This document shows, piece after piece, positions 1 to 8,711 of a DNA stretch of 44,197 nucleotides. The stretch is taken from contig JAAZYK010000001.1 in the NCBI GenBank assembly GCA_014239685.1, positions 1 through 44,197 on the forward strand, in the 5' to 3' direction. The stretch's first letter is position 1. The number at the start of each line of letters is the position of its first letter. The position numbers were made by a program, and so were the translations under genes. The DNA is from Dehalococcoidia bacterium (GTDB taxonomy: Bacteria > Chloroflexota > Dehalococcoidia > Lucifugimonadales > Lucifugimonadaceae). The notes under the pieces are model-generated. The model worked only from the letters and a program-made list of their open reading frames with translations, did no database searches and was not told where the DNA came from.

Positions 1-35
1 GTCAATCAATCTGGAGTGCCTGAGCGGCCAGAAAT

Positions 36-1547
36 TTACGCGTCTGTCGTCGGTCCGGCGAACGGGATATGGACCGTGAAAGTGGTTTCGGAGCCGAAGA
101 CGCTCGTGACTTCCACTTGACCGCCGTGTGCCTCAACAAGCCGCTTGACGATTGTAAGTCCCAGTCCGGCCCCGCCGGTCCCGCGGTTACGTGATGGGTC
201 CACCCGATAGAAGCGGTCGAAAACGTGCGGTAAGTCATCCGGAGATATGCCGGTTCCGGTGTCGGATACGGAGATGATGGCGGCAACGGCGTGTGTTGTG
301 GGACTCACGTTTACGACCACACTTCCGCCGTCCGGAGTGTGTGTGATCGCGTTGTCGACCAAGTTGGACACTACTTGCCTGATGCGTGTCGGATCAAGTC
401 GGATGCCGGGCATGCCGACAGAGACCGTAACTTCCAATCCAATTGAACGATCTACGGCGCGTGGCCGGAACGCCTCTGCGGCGTTTTTGACCAACTCGGA
501 GATGTCTGCATTTATCAGTTCGAGGCGCAGATTTCCGGCCTCTACAAGTGCGAGCAAACGTAGGTCTTCTACCAGTGAGCTAAGGTGATTCGTCTGCGAA
601 TAGATCGTGTCAACGGTGCTCTCATCTGCCTCCAGCACCCCGTCCCTGATTGCCTCAAGATAACCCTGGATATTGGTCAACGGGCTTCGCAGTTCGTGTG
701 CGATATCCGCGACGAGCCGTCGGCGCTCAGATTCGGCATCTTCCAGAGCACCGGCCATGTCATTGAAAGCGATGCCCAGATTTCCTAGTTCGCTCCCCTG
801 GTTCGCATCGACACGCTGCGAAAGATCCCCCCGAGCGACCTCCGAAGCGGCGGCGCTCAAGACATGTACGGGCGCAAGGGCCCGGCGGGTGGTATATGTC
901 ACCATGGCGATTCCCGCGGCGGCGGCGGCTAGACCAGACCAGAGTAAGGACCTATTAAATGCAGAAGCTAATTCCGAGAGTTGCGGCTCGGCTGAGATTT
1001 CAGTTTGTGCCGGAGGGGGAGAAATCTGGCCGGTCTTGTATTGGGGGTTCGTCTTTTTGTCGCTTGTAGCCTCGCTCTGTCGCTGTAAATCCTGACTCAG
1101 CTTACGAATGATGGATGATTGCGACCCTGGAGGGGCCACAAACACATCGCCTGTTTCTATATAGAAATTGCCCCTCTGTATTCCGCCAACGAGCAACGGT
1201 CGTTGAAAGAACACCTGGGACAGCAGTGGGCTCCGGGTGAAGACCGAATGGGAGTCGCCGACGATAAGGCCAGCCTGATCTTCAATCACTATCCGCCAGT
1301 CGTATAGGCGGGACACCTGTTCAAGCGCGTTCTGAACGCCCTCCCAGTTATCGTTCTTTGAGTACGATTGGGATACCACCTGATCCAACCGCTCCGCTCT
1401 TGCAATGGAGATTTCTTCGCTGAAGGCGTCGATCTTCCGCTCGGTAGTTGCATACGCGAACGCGCTTACGGACAGGAGGGCGCCACCTAGGATCAATGTG
1501 AACCCCAGCGTCAAACGGAATTGGAGGGATCGTGCCCAGCTAGGCAT
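36..1547 (-). CDS. Sensor histidine kinase (TM1, ~165-aa extracytoplasmic domain, TM2, HAMP, HisKA, HATPase_c)
   Basis: ORF 36..1676. H-box HELRSPLTNIQGYLEAIRDG, N-box DNAITHTP, G1 VSDTGTGISPDDLPHVFDRFYRVD, G2 GGAGLGLTIVKRLVEAHGG. Start trimmed to the ATG at 1547 (MPSWARSL...), which overlaps the response-regulator stop by 8 nt (ATGCCTAG). Confidence 0.9.
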   Translation of the reverse strand: MPSWARSLQFRLTLGFTLILGGALLSVSAFAYATTERKIDAFSEEISIARAERLDQVVSQSYSKNDNWEGVQNALEQVSRLYDWRIVIEDQAGLIVGDSHSVFTRSPLLSQVFFQRPLLVGGIQRGNFYIETGDVFVAPPGSQSSIIRKLSQDLQRQSEATSDKKTNPQYKTGQISPPPAQTEISAEPQLSELASAFNRSLLWSGLAAAAAGIAMVTYTTRRALAPVHVLSAAASEVARGDLSQRVDANQGSELGNLGIAFNDMAGALEDAESERRRLVADIAHELRSPLTNIQGYLEAIRDGVLEADESTVDTIYSQTNHLSSLVEDLRLLALVEAGNLRLELINADISELVKNAAEAFRPRAVDRSIGLEVTVSVGMPGIRLDPTRIRQVVSNLVDNAITHTPDGGSVVVNVSPTTHAVAAIISVSDTGTGISPDDLPHVFDRFYRVDPSRNRGTGGAGLGLTIVKRLVEAHGGQVEVTSVFGSETTFTVHIPFAGPTTDA

Positions 1548-2277
1548 CGCCAAACCTGTAACCCATCCCGTAAACGGTGTGTACGAACCTCCGGCCGGCG
1601 GACTTTTCCAGTTTTCTACGGATGTTTGAAATATGCGTATCCACGGTGCGGTCCATGCCGTCATAGGCGTGACCAAGGACCTTCTCGATGATGCTGTCTC
1701 TCGACAATATCTGCCCGCCAGAAATCATCAGATATGAAAGCAAGCGCATCTCGGTTGCGGTGAAGCGGAGCATTTTCCCGTCCACCTTCACCGAACCCGC
1801 CCGAACATCAACCTCGATCGGACCAAATCTCTGAATCTCTTGATCCTCTTCGGCATCCTCTTTTGGCGATGTACGCCTGAGAACGGCCCGAATCCTTGCT
1901 GCAAGTTCCCGTGGCGAAAACGGCTTGGTAACGTAATCGTCCGCACCACTGTCGAGGCCGGTCAGGCGGTCTAACTCGTCAACACGGGCGGTCAGCATGA
2001 TGATCGGCACGTCAGACTCAGCACGGAGTTTTTCGCATACAGCAAGGCCATCCATACCGGGCAGCATCATGTCCAGCACGACGAGCTGTGGGGATTCGGC
2101 AAGAGCCATCTGAAGTCCGGTTATGCCGTCTTCAGCTTCGATAACGCTGTGGCCATCGCGCTCGAGATAGAGCCGGATGAGCCGAACGGTGTCGGGATCA
2201 TCCTCGATAATGAGGATGGGTTTTTGTGAGCCGGTGGATCGACGTGAGTTATCCATGACCGTGTGCGGCTGTGTCAT
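1540..2277 (-). CDS. OmpR/PhoB-family response regulator (receiver plus winged-helix DNA-binding domain)
   Basis: ILIIEDDPD...LVVLDMMLPGMDG...MLTA receiver motifs. C-terminal LTATEMRLLSYL...VDTHISNIRRKLE...VHTVYGMGYRF winged helix. AGAGGG Shine-Dalgarno (SD) 8 nt before the ATG at 2277. Confidence 0.92.
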   Translation of the reverse strand: MTQPHTVMDNSRRSTGSQKPILIIEDDPDTVRLIRLYLERDGHSVIEAEDGITGLQMALAESPQLVVLDMMLPGMDGLAVCEKLRAESDVPIIMLTARVDELDRLTGLDSGADDYVTKPFSPRELAARIRAVLRRTSPKEDAEEDQEIQRFGPIEVDVRAGSVKVDGKMLRFTATEMRLLSYLMISGGQILSRDSIIEKVLGHAYDGMDRTVDTHISNIRRKLEKSAGRRFVHTVYGMGYRFGDA

Positions 2278-2300
2278 ATTGATAACCCTCTTTGGATGAC

Positions 2301-3077
2301 CTACAGGTTGACTGGATTGGGCTCGTTCGTCGGGTCCAGTGTCTCGGGCGTGAAATCGTGGAAGGGTGATAATTCTTCTGGGAAGCCGAAGTCGCGTAAC
2401 CTCTCCTGTTCGACCCCATCGATTCTGGGTTGAGAGAAGAACTCCGGGACATCGCCTTCGAACTCAAACTTAAAGTCATGTCCGCCGAATCGGAAGAACC
2501 TTCCCCTAAAGGGTGATAGGCCATGACGAAACGACGGGGTACCCTCGAATGCCCTCATGGAGTCCGGTATCAGTTTATCGACCGACTCTGGGCGTGAGTC
2601 GAGCCAATTTTGAATGACGTCTGCGCCTTCCTGCGAAAGCTTATCTGTCTCAACCATTCGAGCCAGGTGTTCAGCGCTTACCGATGGGATATCCAATTTC
2701 TGAATTGAAGTCGTGGGATCCAGGCCTTCGCCGTGGAATTTGAAGGCTTTTAGCTTGCCCAACTTGATGCTGTTCAGCGATTCAGGCCGCCCGTCAAGCC
2801 AGTTGCCAATTTCGAGAGCTTCGTCTTCGTTAATAGTGTAGTTATCGACGAGCGCCGTCAGCATCTCGGCCTGTTTCTCATTTTTCAGTTCAGATTTTGC
2901 CTGCGCGAACGCATCATCAAGATCGGATCTATCTATGCCGAGGGCTGAGGCTACCCTGTCGAGTACCTCACCCCCGCGAACACCGTCCGGAAAATCTGCC
3001 GAGACCGCGGTCGCTCCAACCACTGCGCCTGTCGCGCCAAAAGCGACAACAAGGCTCAATATCCATCGACGTCTCAT
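2301..3077 (-). CDS. Exported hypothetical protein with an internal duplicated motif
   Basis: N-terminal signal-like MRRRWILSLVVAFGATGAVVGATAVSA. Two copies of a motif (EALEIGNWLDGRPESL / GADVIQNWLDSRPESV). Stop lies 23 nt upstream of the response-regulator start, so probably the first gene of the two-component operon. Confidence 0.6.
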   Translation of the reverse strand: MRRRWILSLVVAFGATGAVVGATAVSADFPDGVRGGEVLDRVASALGIDRSDLDDAFAQAKSELKNEKQAEMLTALVDNYTINEDEALEIGNWLDGRPESLNSIKLGKLKAFKFHGEGLDPTTSIQKLDIPSVSAEHLARMVETDKLSQEGADVIQNWLDSRPESVDKLIPDSMRAFEGTPSFRHGLSPFRGRFFRFGGHDFKFEFEGDVPEFFSQPRIDGVEQERLRDFGFPEELSPFHDFTPETLDPTNEPNPVNL

Positions 3078-3496
3078 CCGTTAAAACTCACTGACCGGGC
3101 ATGTGCCCGCCTTAATTACGTTGCTCGACTCTGTTCTACACGTGCAATGTTAAGAAACTTTCAAGTTTTTACGACAATTCGGATCTCGGGTACTATTTTG
3201 GGTTACTGGACTCTCCTGTGGATGAAACATTTGTTCATCGGCAGGCGTGACTTCATGACAATGAGCACCCAAAAATAAACGGGAGAACATGTAACCCGAG
3301 CGAATTGCGTCAACTCGTCTCGGGCCGCTGGGCCCGCTCGCAAAGGGTGTCCAGACTGGATCCTCGCGATCACGATACGTTTGAAAGAGAGCGGGGTGAC
3401 GCGGGCGTGCTTTTGATAGTGGTCGCACTGGCGTTTGGCGTGGGGGGAGGTTTGTTGGCATTCCAGTATCTGAGCTGAATCGGAAGCGTTACTCGA

Positions 3497-4729
3497 TTAA
3501 AAATCCACGAGGTTCCATGGCTTGCGAGCCGTTATAAACATACGATCCGCCCGACCAAGCGCCCCCACACTGTTCTCAATAACTCGACCGGCGCGCGCCA
3601 GTTCAGATGGTCGAGATCCGCCCATGTAGATGGACGCAAGATCGCCTGCAGACATGGAGATGTCAGGCTGCTCGTTGGTTGACGCGCATTCCGCACCTTT
3701 TGGCCCGCCATCGATTCGCCAATTGCCTTCATTCCATTTACAAAACGAATCTTCCACCCGGATAACCAGCGAAGCATCTTCTGAATAGGTTCGGGCTGAC
3801 AACGCCATCGGCACGTCGATCAACCTCAGCCACAGGCCGTCATATGAACTGCGTTTGAGCCGTCGAGGATCGGACAGCATCCATGGCAGGCCATCGTCTG
3901 TGGTCGCGCCGTGTCCTACGGTGAGTGTGGAAGCGAGGTCGATATCAAAACAGAACCGCCATAATGCGGCCGTGGCCTCGTCATCGGAAGCGACCAACTC
4001 GTGAATTTGAACGCTATTAGTTGAATCGCCGGCGGTCACACCGTGCCGAATTCGGTACATCACGTATCCTGTGGCTACGCCGTCAATTTCGTATACGGCA
4101 TAGAAAAGCGCCGGCGCTCTACTGCGAAGACCGTCCGGATCCGTGATCGCCGCTTCCCATGCGAGATTGTCACGTCGGATCATCGCGGGATATTCCAGCC
4201 AGGCCCTCTCAAGTATCGGAGAGAACACCGCTTGGGCGTCTTCTTTATCCAGAAATCTCATCTGCCCTCGGATGTCAGGACCATGAGTGAAAGACGTGTG
4301 CCGCAGATCGATCTCTCGGTGCTCGTGCGTGACGGCCATGCCGTACCCGTACCGACCGTAAATCACCGATTCAGAGGCCCAGAGAGCGGCCAATGGGATT
4401 TCCCGTTCGTGGTGGGCATCTAACTGCCGCCGCATCATCTCGGTGAGGATTCCGCGCCTCCTGTGTGTGGGAGACACCGTGACCTCGGTGATACCGCCGA
4501 CCGGTAGAGTGTTTGCCCCGGGGATTGAGATTTCAAATGTGAGGGAGCTCGACGTTCCAACCATCTGTTTGCCGTCAAATGCAATGACGCTTTGTTCTGG
4601 CTCAAAGGATCGTCTTGCGAAATCCTTAAACCATGGATTGGATTCCGGGTGCGCTGAGAAACCCCGCATCACAGCGAAGTCGAACTCGTCGAATTCGTCT
4701 AGGGTGATTGGGCGGTACGTGATTGGCAT
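3497..4729 (-). CDS. GNAT N-acetyltransferase, Eis-like architecture (GNAT plus C-terminal SCP2-like region)
   Basis: 410 aa. Acetyl-CoA site VSPTHRRRGILTEMMRRQL. Length and overall pattern resemble the Eis/UPF0256 family. Confidence 0.7.
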   Translation of the reverse strand: MPITYRPITLDEFDEFDFAVMRGFSAHPESNPWFKDFARRSFEPEQSVIAFDGKQMVGTSSSLTFEISIPGANTLPVGGITEVTVSPTHRRRGILTEMMRRQLDAHHEREIPLAALWASESVIYGRYGYGMAVTHEHREIDLRHTSFTHGPDIRGQMRFLDKEDAQAVFSPILERAWLEYPAMIRRDNLAWEAAITDPDGLRSRAPALFYAVYEIDGVATGYVMYRIRHGVTAGDSTNSVQIHELVASDDEATAALWRFCFDIDLASTLTVGHGATTDDGLPWMLSDPRRLKRSSYDGLWLRLIDVPMALSARTYSEDASLVIRVEDSFCKWNEGNWRIDGGPKGAECASTNEQPDISMSAGDLASIYMGGSRPSELARAGRVIENSVGALGRADRMFITARKPWNLVDF

Positions 4730-4883
4730 ATGGTGACCGGTTCAGGCTACGCAGCTGAATAAAGCTAGTTTGGGAATGGCAAACCGATATTCTACGGCTC
4801 GGTGACGCGTGAAAGACCCTCTTGGAGACCAGGTAATGGAGATGGGGAGCGATAGGCGAGTAACGTCCGCAACTAACCAATCA

Positions 4884-7800
4884 CTACCCCCAGTCCTTCG
4901 ACTTCAGGATCCTGACATCTGTCGGCACCGGTGTGAGCGTGCGCACGACCACGTTCAACGTCCCTTCGCGGTGCGACACCACGCCGCTGCACAGCAAAAT
5001 CGGCTCATGTGCTGTTCGGCGAACTCTCTCGTACACATCTGGCCAGATCACCAGAGGCGCGTGACCCGTCTCGTCCTCAATCGTGATGAACACCGCTTTT
5101 GCAAGCGGCCGCTGGCGACGGATCACCACTCCTGCCACACATATCGGCGTGCCATCCTGCAGGTCACGGATATCTGCGCTTCGTACCAGATCCGGCGGAA
5201 GGTGCGGCCTCAACTTTTCCATCAGGTGAGCGCGTGGATACAGCCCGAGCGTGTTGTACTCGCCCTTCATCACGTCCCACTCGGACGCCTCCGGCAATGC
5301 CACCATGTCCTGCTCAACCGAAAACTCGAAGGCGAGCTGGCGTCCGACAGGTCGATATCGCAGCCCAACCTCCCATTTTGTTTCACGTCTGTTCTCGTCG
5401 GTGGGACTCCAGACAGTTCGCTGTTCCCGGACGATAACGTGGGTGGCGGGATTAGACGGCAAGGGCACAGGACCAGGTACCTCAAGCGCGCCAACCAGCG
5501 CTGGAGCCTTTGTCGCTACCGCCCGTGATACAAGCGAATCAAATGTCCCGGCATCCACCAACTTGTCAAGGGACCCGTGCCGCACACCGGTGCGCGTCAT
5601 AAAGTCCGAGACAGAGGTAAACGACCCGTTCACCTCGCGTTCCACCAGCACCTGGTCGGCCGTCGCAGAGCGAACAGTCGCCACGTGCGCGAAGCCGAGC
5701 CGCAAACGCTCATCGTCAATCACCGAGAACTTCCCGCTGCGGTTTGCGTCCGGGTTCAGGACTTGTACGCCGTGGCGCTTCGCGTCCTCCTTCAGCGTTT
5801 CCAGGTTGTAAAACCCCATCGGCTGCTGGTTGAACAACCCGACAAAGAACTCCAGCGGGTAGTAACGCTTTATCCAGGACATCTGGTAGGCGGTGACGCC
5901 GAATGCAAAAGCGTGCGCCTCTGGAAACTGGAACTCCCCGTGGAACTTCTTGAAGATCGTTTCCGCTGTTTCTGGAGGAACGCCCTTAGCAAGCGCGCCG
6001 GTCATGAACTTTTCACGCCAGATGGGGATCAACTCGTGCCGATTTCGTCGACCGAAGGCACGACGCATTCGGTCTCCCTCAGCCGGCGTGAACCCGCCGA
6101 CGTGGACCGCCAGTTCCATCAACTGGTCCTGATAGAGCGGCACTCCGTATGTACGCTCAAGCGCCGCCTTCTCAAGGGGATGGTCGTATTGCCAACCCGG
6201 CTCTTTGCCGTTGTGCCGTCGGATCAGCATCGATACACCGTCGTTGACACCTACGCCGGGGCGGACGGCCCCGACCTCCCACGCCATCTCGAACAGGTTC
6301 TTTGGGCGGATGCGGGGAGTTGTCTGCATCTGGGCGGCGGACTCAACTTGAAATACGCCTACGGTGTCTGCTCTGTGCAGCATGGCGTATACCTTAGGGT
6401 CCTCGAAATCGATGCGCGACAGATCGACACGTTCCTCCGTGCGCTGCTCGATCAGCCTGAGGGCCTCATTCATCTGCGATAGCGCGCCAAGAGCCAGGAA
6501 ATCGATCTTCACAAACCCGGCGTCGTCTGCGCTGTCCTTGTCCCACTGGCAAATGTATCGACCGTCGATGGCGCTGCGCTGGAGTGGTACGGTCTCTGAG
6601 AGCGGACGTGCCGAGAGGATCATACCGCCCGGGTGCTGTGCCAGATATTTCGGGAATCCACCGAGCTGGAGGGCAAGTCGAACGAGGTCCTGCCACAGCG
6701 GCAGGTCTGCACGGTCCCGGTACTCCGGAAGTGACCGCATCTCCACCGGAAGGTCCTTCACACCTGAGTGCCCATCGATCCGCTTTGTCAACTTGTCCAG
6801 GTCATCCCCTGGCAGTCCGAGGGCCTTGCCGATGTCACGTATGGCGCCTTTGATTTGGTATGTGGAGATCATTCCGGTGAGTACAGCGCGATCGTTGCCC
6901 CAGCGCTCGTGGACGCGCAGGATTAGCTTCTCCCGTATGTCACGTGGGAAGTCCAGATCGATGTCGGGAGGGCCGTCCATCTCGGCATCTGGGATGAAAC
7001 GGTCCAGTGTCAATCCGAACTCCAACGGATCAATGTGTGAGAGGCCGATCAGGTATCCAATGAGCATCGCAACCGAGGACCCGCGCCCTCGCCCCGGCGG
7101 GTTTTCCTCAAGTGGCAGCCCGGATTCAACGAGGCCGAGGTCTTCCTGTACCTCGCGGGCGATCCTGATGATGTCGTAGTACTGCAATAGGAAACCGACT
7201 AGGCTGTGCTTTTCCAGCAGCGCCATCTCCTCATCCAGCCGCTCCCGAATTGGGTCGTTGACTTCGCCGTACTTACGGATAGCGGCTTCCTCGCATAGCT
7301 TGCGGAGCCATCTGGTCTGGGTGTGGCCTTCGGGCACTTGATAGTCCGGGAAGTCATATACCTTTGCGGATGTGAGATCGAAATCACACCGGTCGGCTAT
7401 GCGTATCGTGTTCTCGATTGCCTCCGGGTACGCTGTGAACAAGGAGGCCATCTCGTCAGGTGGTTTCAGGTAGAACTGGTCGTTGGCACGTCGCTCCCGG
7501 TGCGTTTCTTCGAGCGATTTGTTGTGCTGTATGGCGACAAGGATGTCGTTCAGGTGGCTGCGCTCACGGAGGTGGTAGTGGGCGTTATTGGTGGCGACGA
7601 TGGGTATACCGAGGTCTGAGCCGATGTCCGCCATGAGCCGGTTGCGCTCGGTGTCGTCGAGCACCAGATTTTGCTGTAATTCAAGGAAAAAGTTGTTCGC
7701 ACCGAACCAGTCCCGGTACTGAGCACTCAGCCGCCGAGCCTCGCTCAGCCTTCCTGCAAGAACGAGTTCGGAGATCTCGCCGTGACGACAGCCTGAAAGG

Positions 7801-8390
7801 CAGATTACCCCGCTTGCGTGGTCTTTGAGCAGGGAGGGAACGAGTGCCGGAAGGACACCGTTTGGGCCGGGCCGCTCGGGCGGGTCCATATGCGCCCGCG
7901 TGGTGAGCTTGCATATGTTTTTATAACCCTCTGCGTTCTCCGCAAGCAGGGTCAGGTGGTGGCCACTCGCGAGTGTGATCTCGACCCCGATGATCGGCTT
8001 GATCCCAACGCCCTTCGCCGCCTGGGCAAACTCCATCACCCCGCACAGGTTGTCGTGATCCGTAATAGCGAGGGCACGCATGCCAAGCGCCTGCGCCTCG
8101 ATCAACAGCTCCGAGGTACTGGAAGCGCCCTCTTTGAACGAATAGTTTGAGTGGCAATGCAGCTCGGCGTAGGAGGATGAGCGGGGTTCAAGGGTTTCTT
8201 GAACACGCGCCTTCGCCTCACGAGCACGAACGCTAGAAGTACGCCGCTTCTCCAACCTTGGAGAACTATCAACAGATCTCGAGCTAATCTGCTCAGCAAT
8301 CTCAACCGCATCAGGTGGCCCACCTGGCGCGATATACAGATCGCGATAATTCCCGGGCCGACTCCGATGTTCCTTCTTACGCCTTAGCAT
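4884..8390 (-). CDS. dnaE2: Error-prone DNA polymerase III alpha-like subunit DnaE2 (ImuC)
   Basis: 1168 aa. PHP motifs YAELHCHSNYSF and ALAITDHDNL, KIDFLALGAL palm/fingers motif, no long tau-binding C-terminus. Immediately downstream of imuB. The N-terminal ~70 aa is basic and low-complexity, so the true start is uncertain. Confidence 0.9.
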   Translation of the reverse strand: MLRRKKEHRSRPGNYRDLYIAPGGPPDAVEIAEQISSRSVDSSPRLEKRRTSSVRAREAKARVQETLEPRSSSYAELHCHSNYSFKEGASSTSELLIEAQALGMRALAITDHDNLCGVMEFAQAAKGVGIKPIIGVEITLASGHHLTLLAENAEGYKNICKLTTRAHMDPPERPGPNGVLPALVPSLLKDHASGVICLSGCRHGEISELVLAGRLSEARRLSAQYRDWFGANNFFLELQQNLVLDDTERNRLMADIGSDLGIPIVATNNAHYHLRERSHLNDILVAIQHNKSLEETHRERRANDQFYLKPPDEMASLFTAYPEAIENTIRIADRCDFDLTSAKVYDFPDYQVPEGHTQTRWLRKLCEEAAIRKYGEVNDPIRERLDEEMALLEKHSLVGFLLQYYDIIRIAREVQEDLGLVESGLPLEENPPGRGRGSSVAMLIGYLIGLSHIDPLEFGLTLDRFIPDAEMDGPPDIDLDFPRDIREKLILRVHERWGNDRAVLTGMISTYQIKGAIRDIGKALGLPGDDLDKLTKRIDGHSGVKDLPVEMRSLPEYRDRADLPLWQDLVRLALQLGGFPKYLAQHPGGMILSARPLSETVPLQRSAIDGRYICQWDKDSADDAGFVKIDFLALGALSQMNEALRLIEQRTEERVDLSRIDFEDPKVYAMLHRADTVGVFQVESAAQMQTTPRIRPKNLFEMAWEVGAVRPGVGVNDGVSMLIRRHNGKEPGWQYDHPLEKAALERTYGVPLYQDQLMELAVHVGGFTPAEGDRMRRAFGRRNRHELIPIWREKFMTGALAKGVPPETAETIFKKFHGEFQFPEAHAFAFGVTAYQMSWIKRYYPLEFFVGLFNQQPMGFYNLETLKEDAKRHGVQVLNPDANRSGKFSVIDDERLRLGFAHVATVRSATADQVLVEREVNGSFTSVSDFMTRTGVRHGSLDKLVDAGTFDSLVSRAVATKAPALVGALEVPGPVPLPSNPATHVIVREQRTVWSPTDENRRETKWEVGLRYRPVGRQLAFEFSVEQDMVALPEASEWDVMKGEYNTLGLYPRAHLMEKLRPHLPPDLVRSADIRDLQDGTPICVAGVVIRRQRPLAKAVFITIEDETGHAPLVIWPDVYERVRRTAHEPILLCSGVVSHREGTLNVVVRTLTPVPTDVRILKSKDWG

Positions 8391-8423
8391 TTAGATGGCT
8401 GCTGTCTCTAGAAGCACAACCCC

Positions 8424-8711
8424 TCACTGCCTGAACCAGCCATCGGCCGCCAGGTCGTGGAACAGCGTTACCTGGCGGCCGTCGGATAAGCGGGTATGGA
8501 AATACACCCGCTCTATCTCCTTATCCAGTCCCCGCCACCATTCGTCGTTGATCTTCCACATGTCCTCGATAGCGACGACCTCATTCACCTTGTCTCTCAC
8601 AGAGACCGACGACGGCATCCCGCGTTCGTCTACATTCACTGTCACCGGAGTCGGGGCATTTAAGGGCTTAATCGCACTAGCGCGTGCCTTCGTTCCGGAA
8701 TTCGGGACCAT
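8424..8711 (-). CDS. Small protein resembling the Trp-rich C-terminal module of ImuB (possibly the DUF6504 family, recalled from memory)
   Basis: Frame open 8424..8816. The ATG at 8711 is preceded by AAGGGAG at 8-nt spacing. Motifs KPLNAPTPVTV, EDMWKINDEWWRG and RVYFHTRLSDGRQVTLFHDLAADGWF match the ...ERIExGWW...RDYF...G...WF pattern I recall at ImuB C-termini. Overlaps the imuB 3' end by 52 nt in another frame. Confidence 0.6.
   Translation of the reverse strand: MVPNSGTKARASAIKPLNAPTPVTVNVDERGMPSSVSVRDKVNEVVAIEDMWKINDEWWRGLDKEIERVYFHTRLSDGRQVTLFHDLAADGWFRQ

Noticed and set aside
2-588. ORFs 2-286 (-) and 247-588 (+) at the left edge.
   Set aside because: They overlap the HATPase domain of the histidine kinase in other frames, and their composition is not protein-like. 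The kinase frame explains the region.
3096-3109. Short palindrome CGGGCA-TG-TGCCCG, 19-32 nt upstream of the exported-protein start codon.
   Set aside because: The arms are only 5-6 bp and could arise by chance in GC-rich DNA. There is no second copy in the window to support an operator.
3150-3461. 103-aa minus-strand ORF in the 420-bp gap between the Eis-like gene and the exported-protein gene.
   Set aside because: It is Pro/Arg-rich with no SD and no motifs. The gap more likely contains the promoter and leader of the two-component operon. I could not identify a specific RNA element.
8642-8659. ATG immediately after the imuB TAA (TAAATG), considered as a restart codon for the downstream small ORF.
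   Set aside because: It is in the imuB frame and gives only MPRLR-stop. The ATG at 8711 with an AAGGGAG SD (or the GTG at 8645) is in the correct frame.
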